Positions 59,499 to 64,000 of a stretch of DNA of 64,000 nucleotides are shown piece after piece. This stretch comes from an uncultured Nitrospiraceae bacterium. GTDB taxonomy: Bacteria; Nitrospirota; Nitrospiria; Nitrospirales; Nitrospiraceae. Each line of letters starts with the position of its first letter. Positions within the stretch are counted from its first letter, which is position 1. The notes below the pieces were generated by a model, which was not told the DNA's origin, ran no database searches, and saw only the letters and a program-made list of their open reading frames with translations. The stretch covers positions 384,001 to 448,000 of the forward strand of contig CAVSTP010000003.1 in the NCBI GenBank assembly GCA_963730935.1, read 5' to 3'. Both the position numbers and the translations under genes were made by a program.

Positions 59499-61745
59499 AT
59501 GGATGACACCGAGCAAACGCTGCTCGCCGGCCTCGCAGAACGGGTCGGCATTGCGGCGGAGTACCACGACATCAGCGGTGTCCGTCATGTCACCGCTGAT
59601 CATACCAAGCGCGACATTCTCCGTGCGATGGGGTTCCAGGTGGACTCGACCGCGGCACTGGCCGTGGCGATCCGCGAGTGGGACGAAGCCCCGTGGCGCA
59701 GGCCTTGCGACTCCGTCCGCATCGTGCACGAAGAGGAAGTGGGCGCTCCGGTGTCCTGCTGCTTCGCTTTGGAAGACGGCAGAGAGCGGTCGGTCGTCGT
59801 CAGATGGCAGTTAAACGATGAATCTGGAAACCTCATTCAAGAGGGACAGGTCGGTCCAGGGCTGGTCGCAACGGAAGTCAAGTTCATCGACGGCGGCCGG
59901 CGCGTCCGCGTGGAGTTGCCTGCGCCCAAAGGCCTTCCTCTTGGATATTACGACTTCATCATCCGCGCGGAAGGGCTGGTCGGCGGGTCGACCGGCACAC
60001 TGCGACTGATCGTTGCCCCCCAGCGGTGTTACGTGCCGACGCCCCTGGAAGTCGGACAGCGGTATTGGGGGCTGGCCCTGCAATTGTATTCGCTGTCTTC
60101 TGGACGGAACTGGGGCTGCGGCGATTTTACCGATCTTAATCAGATCGTTGAATGGGCGGGCAGGCGGATGGGCGCGGGCCTCGTGGGATTGAACCCGCTT
60201 CACGCCATCCGCAATACCGCCCCGCATCACACCAGCCCGTACACGCCCTATAGCCGTCTGGCGATCAACGAGCTATATATCGATCTCGAACGCTTGCCGG
60301 AGTTCTTCGCCTCGGAAGATGCGCAAACGCAATACCGGTCGCCGGAGTTTCAAGCCAAACTCCAGGCCTTGCGGGAGAACCGCCGAGTGGATTACGAGGT
60401 GATTGCCTCGGCGAAGCGTACGATGCTCGATCTCGCCTATCGACAATTTCTCAAGGAGGCCTATAGCGGCACCGAACCGAATCTCGAGCCGAAGACCGCA
60501 CGGGCAAAGCTGCTGGAACGATTCATCCAATCCGAAGGCGAAGCGCTCGAACTCTACGCCACCTTCCAAACATTGGAGGAGGAACGGCGCCTCATCCAAT
60601 CGAAAACGGTGACCTGGCAAGAATGGCCGAAGCAGTTTATCTCACCGGGTTCTGCCGCGCGCGAATACGGCAGACGTCATCGAAAGCGGATTCGCTTCTT
60701 CCAATACATTCAGTGGATCGCGTCAGAGCAGCTCACCGAAGTCCTGCGCACGGCCGAAGCCGCCGGGATGCCGATCGGTATTTACAACGATCTCGCGTTG
60801 GGCGCAGAACGTACAGGAGCCGAGGCCTGGATGTATCAATCGGTGATGGCGCTGGACGCGGATTGCGGAGCGCCGCCTGACGATTTTGCCCCAGAAGGGC
60901 AGAACTGGGGGCTGCCGCCAATCAACCCAGTGGCGCTGCGTCCCAGCCGATATGAACTGTTGATTCAACTCTTGCGTAAGAATATGCGCTTTGGCGGCGC
61001 TATCCGCCTGGATCATGTCATGGCCCTCAGCCGGCTCTTCTGGATCCCCAAGGGGAAGTCGGCGACAGAAGGCGCATACGTCCATTATCCGTTCGAGGAG
61101 TTGTTGTCGATCATTGCACTGGAAAGTATCCGATCTAAAACGCTCGTGATCGGAGAAGATCTCGGCACGGTAACGGATTTTGTGCGAGAGCAGCTGGCGA
61201 AGGCATGCGTGTTATCGTATCGCGTCTTCTATTTCGAACGTCGGGGAGATGGAACCTGGAAATCGCCCGGTGAATACCCGCAACAGGCGCTGGCTGTGAC
61301 CGGCACACACGATCTGCCGACGTTGACCGGGTTTTGGTCCGGAGAAGATATCCAGGTTCGCGCCGGGATGGGGGCCTTCAAGGATGAGGCCGGACGTCGC
61401 CAGGCTTGGGAGGAGCGTCAACGAGATAAGGGACGCATGCTCGCCGCGCTCAAGCAAGAAGCCTTGTTGCCGAGCGGCATGAGCGACGATCCTGCTGCTG
61501 TGCCCGCCATGACGCCCGCTCTCTGCCGGGCCATCCATGCCTATTTGGCGAGGACGCCCGCATGGCTGGTCCTGGCGAATCTTGAGGACGGCCTGGAAGA
61601 AATTTCTCAAACGAACCTGCCCGGGACCGTCGAAAGCTATCCCAACTGGAGACGGAAGTACGCGAGCCGCATCGACAACCTCGTCGATGACGAGCGGCTG
61701 CGAGAACTCGGGGCGACCTTGCGTTCGATCCGTCCAATCAGCTAA
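59499..61745 (+). CDS. malQ: 4-alpha-glucanotransferase (amylomaltase)
   Basis: LQLYSL, GAPPD, GQNWG, RLDH, GEDLG, THDLPT, NLPGT. Confidence 0.95.
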   Translation: MDDTEQTLLAGLAERVGIAAEYHDISGVRHVTADHTKRDILRAMGFQVDSTAALAVAIREWDEAPWRRPCDSVRIVHEEEVGAPVSCCFALEDGRERSVVVRWQLNDESGNLIQEGQVGPGLVATEVKFIDGGRRVRVELPAPKGLPLGYYDFIIRAEGLVGGSTGTLRLIVAPQRCYVPTPLEVGQRYWGLALQLYSLSSGRNWGCGDFTDLNQIVEWAGRRMGAGLVGLNPLHAIRNTAPHHTSPYTPYSRLAINELYIDLERLPEFFASEDAQTQYRSPEFQAKLQALRENRRVDYEVIASAKRTMLDLAYRQFLKEAYSGTEPNLEPKTARAKLLERFIQSEGEALELYATFQTLEEERRLIQSKTVTWQEWPKQFISPGSAAREYGRRHRKRIRFFQYIQWIASEQLTEVLRTAEAAGMPIGIYNDLALGAERTGAEAWMYQSVMALDADCGAPPDDFAPEGQNWGLPPINPVALRPSRYELLIQLLRKNMRFGGAIRLDHVMALSRLFWIPKGKSATEGAYVHYPFEELLSIIALESIRSKTLVIGEDLGTVTDFVREQLAKACVLSYRVFYFERRGDGTWKSPGEYPQQALAVTGTHDLPTLTGFWSGEDIQVRAGMGAFKDEAGRRQAWEERQRDKGRMLAALKQEALLPSGMSDDPAAVPAMTPALCRAIHAYLARTPAWLVLANLEDGLEEISQTNLPGTVESYPNWRRKYASRIDNLVDDERLRELGATLRSIRPIS

Positions 61746-61817
61746 GACCCGCCGTTCAGATGTTGCAATGTCCTGCGACTGCGTTCTCGCTCACATGTTG
61801 AGCATCTGCGCAACCTT

Positions 61818-62987
61818 GTGACCAGGTCGCTCATGCCCAAGCAGAACCGCATCATTCTTGCTATCGCGGCGACGCTTTTTCTCGTGATTGTCGTATTGGA
61901 GACCGTCGCGCCGGCGAATATCGTCGGCGCCTATGCGTTCGTCTTGCCGATCCTGCTGGTCGCGACGGTGCGCAGCCGCCCAGTGATGCTGGTGACCGTG
62001 ATCGCCTGTATCGCGGCAACCTATCTGGGGCTTATGCAGCCAACGAAGCCCGGCCGTTTTCAAGCGGCTGTGATCAACCGCACGGTGGTGGCGGGCGTAT
62101 TGATCATGGTCGCCTACATTGGAATGACCCGGGAAGAACGAAAGGCGCGAGAGGAGACCGCCCGTCAGGCCTTGGCGCAGCAGACCGAGAGCCTCTTACG
62201 AGCGAACGCCCTTCTGGTCGATGCCAAGGATCAGTTGAATCGCTCGGAGCGGCTGGCGGCCGTCGGCCAGCTTGTGGCGTCGGTAGCGCATGAAGTCGGA
62301 ACCCCGTTGCATTCCATCGCCTGGCATGTCCAGGCGCTCAGTGAGGAGCCTGGCGTCACACCAGAAATGAAGAAGCGCATTACGGTCATCGACGAGCAGC
62401 TCAACCGTGTCGTCAGGATTATCCAGGACCTGCTGTCGTCCACCCGCCAGCGCAAGCCGGATCCGATTTGGATGTCGGTCGAGCAGGTTATCGGACCGGC
62501 CACCGCGTTGATGGAGCCGGCCTTCCATGCCAAGGGTGTTGCACTGACGAGCGAGCTTGCGATCGGCGTTCCGCAGGTCTGGGCCGATGCAGAGAAACTG
62601 CATCAAGTGCTGGTGAATCTGCTCACAAACGCGCTTGCTGCCACGCCGCACCAGGGAACTGTGGACGTACACGTCGGAGCCCGCGCCGCCACTGCCAAAG
62701 AATTGGACACGGGGCAGCGTGTCGCGCAGGACATGTCTCCGATGGTGGTCACGGTCGCCGTCCGCGATACCGGCATCGGGATGCCGCCGTCGGATGTTCA
62801 AAACGCCTTCCAGCCGTTTTTCACGACCAAGGAGGTTGGCAAGGGAACCGGCTTGGGTCTATTCTTGAGCCGTGAAACCGTGCATGCCCACGGCGGGACA
62901 CTCTCGCTGGTGAGCGAGCAGGGGCGAGGAACGACCGTGACGATTGCGTTACCTGGGAAGCTCGTGTTGCCGGAAGGGATGGTGTAG
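61818..62987 (+). CDS. Membrane sensor histidine kinase
   Basis: N-terminal TMs; [26 protein letters not shown]. Confidence 0.9.
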   Translation: MTRSLMPKQNRIILAIAATLFLVIVVLETVAPANIVGAYAFVLPILLVATVRSRPVMLVTVIACIAATYLGLMQPTKPGRFQAAVINRTVVAGVLIMVAYIGMTREERKAREETARQALAQQTESLLRANALLVDAKDQLNRSERLAAVGQLVASVAHEVGTPLHSIAWHVQALSEEPGVTPEMKKRITVIDEQLNRVVRIIQDLLSSTRQRKPDPIWMSVEQVIGPATALMEPAFHAKGVALTSELAIGVPQVWADAEKLHQVLVNLLTNALAATPHQGTVDVHVGARAATAKELDTGQRVAQDMSPMVVTVAVRDTGIGMPPSDVQNAFQPFFTTKEVGKGTGLGLFLSRETVHAHGGTLSLVSEQGRGTTVTIALPGKLVLPEGMV

Positions 62988-62994
62988 AGACGTC

Positions 62995-64000
62995 ATGCAG
63001 GCTGCAAAGATTCTGGTGGTAGATGACGATACGGTTGCGCGGGATCTGTTGGCGGAGGCCCTGAAGAAAGAGGGCTACAGCGTCGAAGCCTACGGCAGCG
63101 GGGAAGAAGCCATTGCGCGGGGCCGCGAGGGCCGGGTGGATCTGGTGCTCACGGATATCCGTATGGGGGCGGTCGATGGACTGACAGTGCTCCGCGAGTT
63201 CAAGCGCATGAGCCAGGACACCGCGATCGTCGTGTTGACCGCCTTCGGATCGCTTGAAGGCGCGATTGAAGCGATCAAACAAGGTGCGTACGACTATCTG
63301 GCCAAGCCGTTTAAAAAAGAAGAGATCAAGCTGGTCGTTCAGCGCAGTCTCGACCATTGCCGCCTGTTACGAGAAAACACGAAGTTTCGGGAGGAGCTCA
63401 AGAGCAAGGACGAATGGTCGCCGTTGGTCGGCAGCAGCCCGGCGATGCTGGAAGTGTACAAACTGGTGGCCCGGGTGTCCGAAAGCCGAAGTACCGTGCT
63501 CTTACAAGGAGAAAGTGGAACGGGGAAGGAACTGATCGCTCGTGCAATCCATGGCAACAGCCCCCGCCGCGACAAGCCGTTCGTCCCGGTCAATTGCGGC
63601 GCCTTGCCGGACACGCTGCTCGAATCCGAAATGTTCGGCTATGAGAAGGGGGCGTTCACCGGTGCTGTCGGCACGAAGACCGGTCTATTCGAATCGGCAA
63701 ACGGGGGGACCTTGTTTCTCGATGAGGTCGGCGAGTTGGGGCAGGCCCTTCAAGTGAAACTGCTGCGGGTAATGCAGGACCATGAAGTCCGCCGGGTGGG
63801 CAGCACCAATTCCATCAAGGTGGATGTCCGTATCATTGCGGCAACAAACCGGGATCTCGAGCAGTTCGTGAAGGAGGGAAAATTTCGGGACGACCTGTTT
63901 TATCGCTTGAACGTCGTGCGGATCACGCTGCCCTCGCTCAAGGAGCGGCAGGAAGACATCCCGATGCTCGCCCATCATTTTTTACAGAAATGTGCCGCCG
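62995..64000 (+). CDS. Sigma-54-dependent response regulator (3' end outside window)
   Basis: ATG 62995 [31 protein letters not shown]; frame open to window end, so absent from the ORF track. Confidence 0.9.
   Translation, partial: MQAAKILVVDDDTVARDLLAEALKKEGYSVEAYGSGEEAIARGREGRVDLVLTDIRMGAVDGLTVLREFKRMSQDTAIVVLTAFGSLEGAIEAIKQGAYDYLAKPFKKEEIKLVVQRSLDHCRLLRENTKFREELKSKDEWSPLVGSSPAMLEVYKLVARVSESRSTVLLQGESGTGKELIARAIHGNSPRRDKPFVPVNCGALPDTLLESEMFGYEKGAFTGAVGTKTGLFESANGGTLFLDEVGELGQALQVKLLRVMQDHEVRRVGSTNSIKVDVRIIAATNRDLEQFVKEGKFRDDLFYRLNVVRITLPSLKERQEDIPMLAHHFLQKCAA

Overview
Bacterial, high-GC window whose gene content resembles Nitrospira (inferred from protein style and gene order, not from a search). 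Left core block (1-20516): hemY, mazG, DUF1844, NtrY/NtrX-like pair, tRNA-Pro(CGG), ald, a small Fe-S gene cluster, squalene/phytoene synthase, htpX, glutathione peroxidase, MFS transporter, YqeY, and a REC / REC-GGDEF / hybrid kinase / Hpt phosphorelay. Accessory block (~20.5-58.5 kb) with long AT-richer spacers and gene remnants: three tandem 7-blade FG-GAP lipoproteins and three Ig-repeat lipoproteins with conserved upstream motifs, a frameshifted lipoprotein-linker-OM-barrel gene, a HlyB/HlyD/TolC exporter with no visible cargo, and an ExeA-heme c fusion. The best candidate new system is a PilZ-like/acyl-ACP-reductase-like enzyme co-transcribed with a multi-TM GAF histidine kinase and divergent from a FadL channel, possibly a lipid (fatty aldehyde) signalling module. 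Right core block: malQ and a sigma-54 two-component system. All family calls are from motif recognition by eye; no database searches were run.
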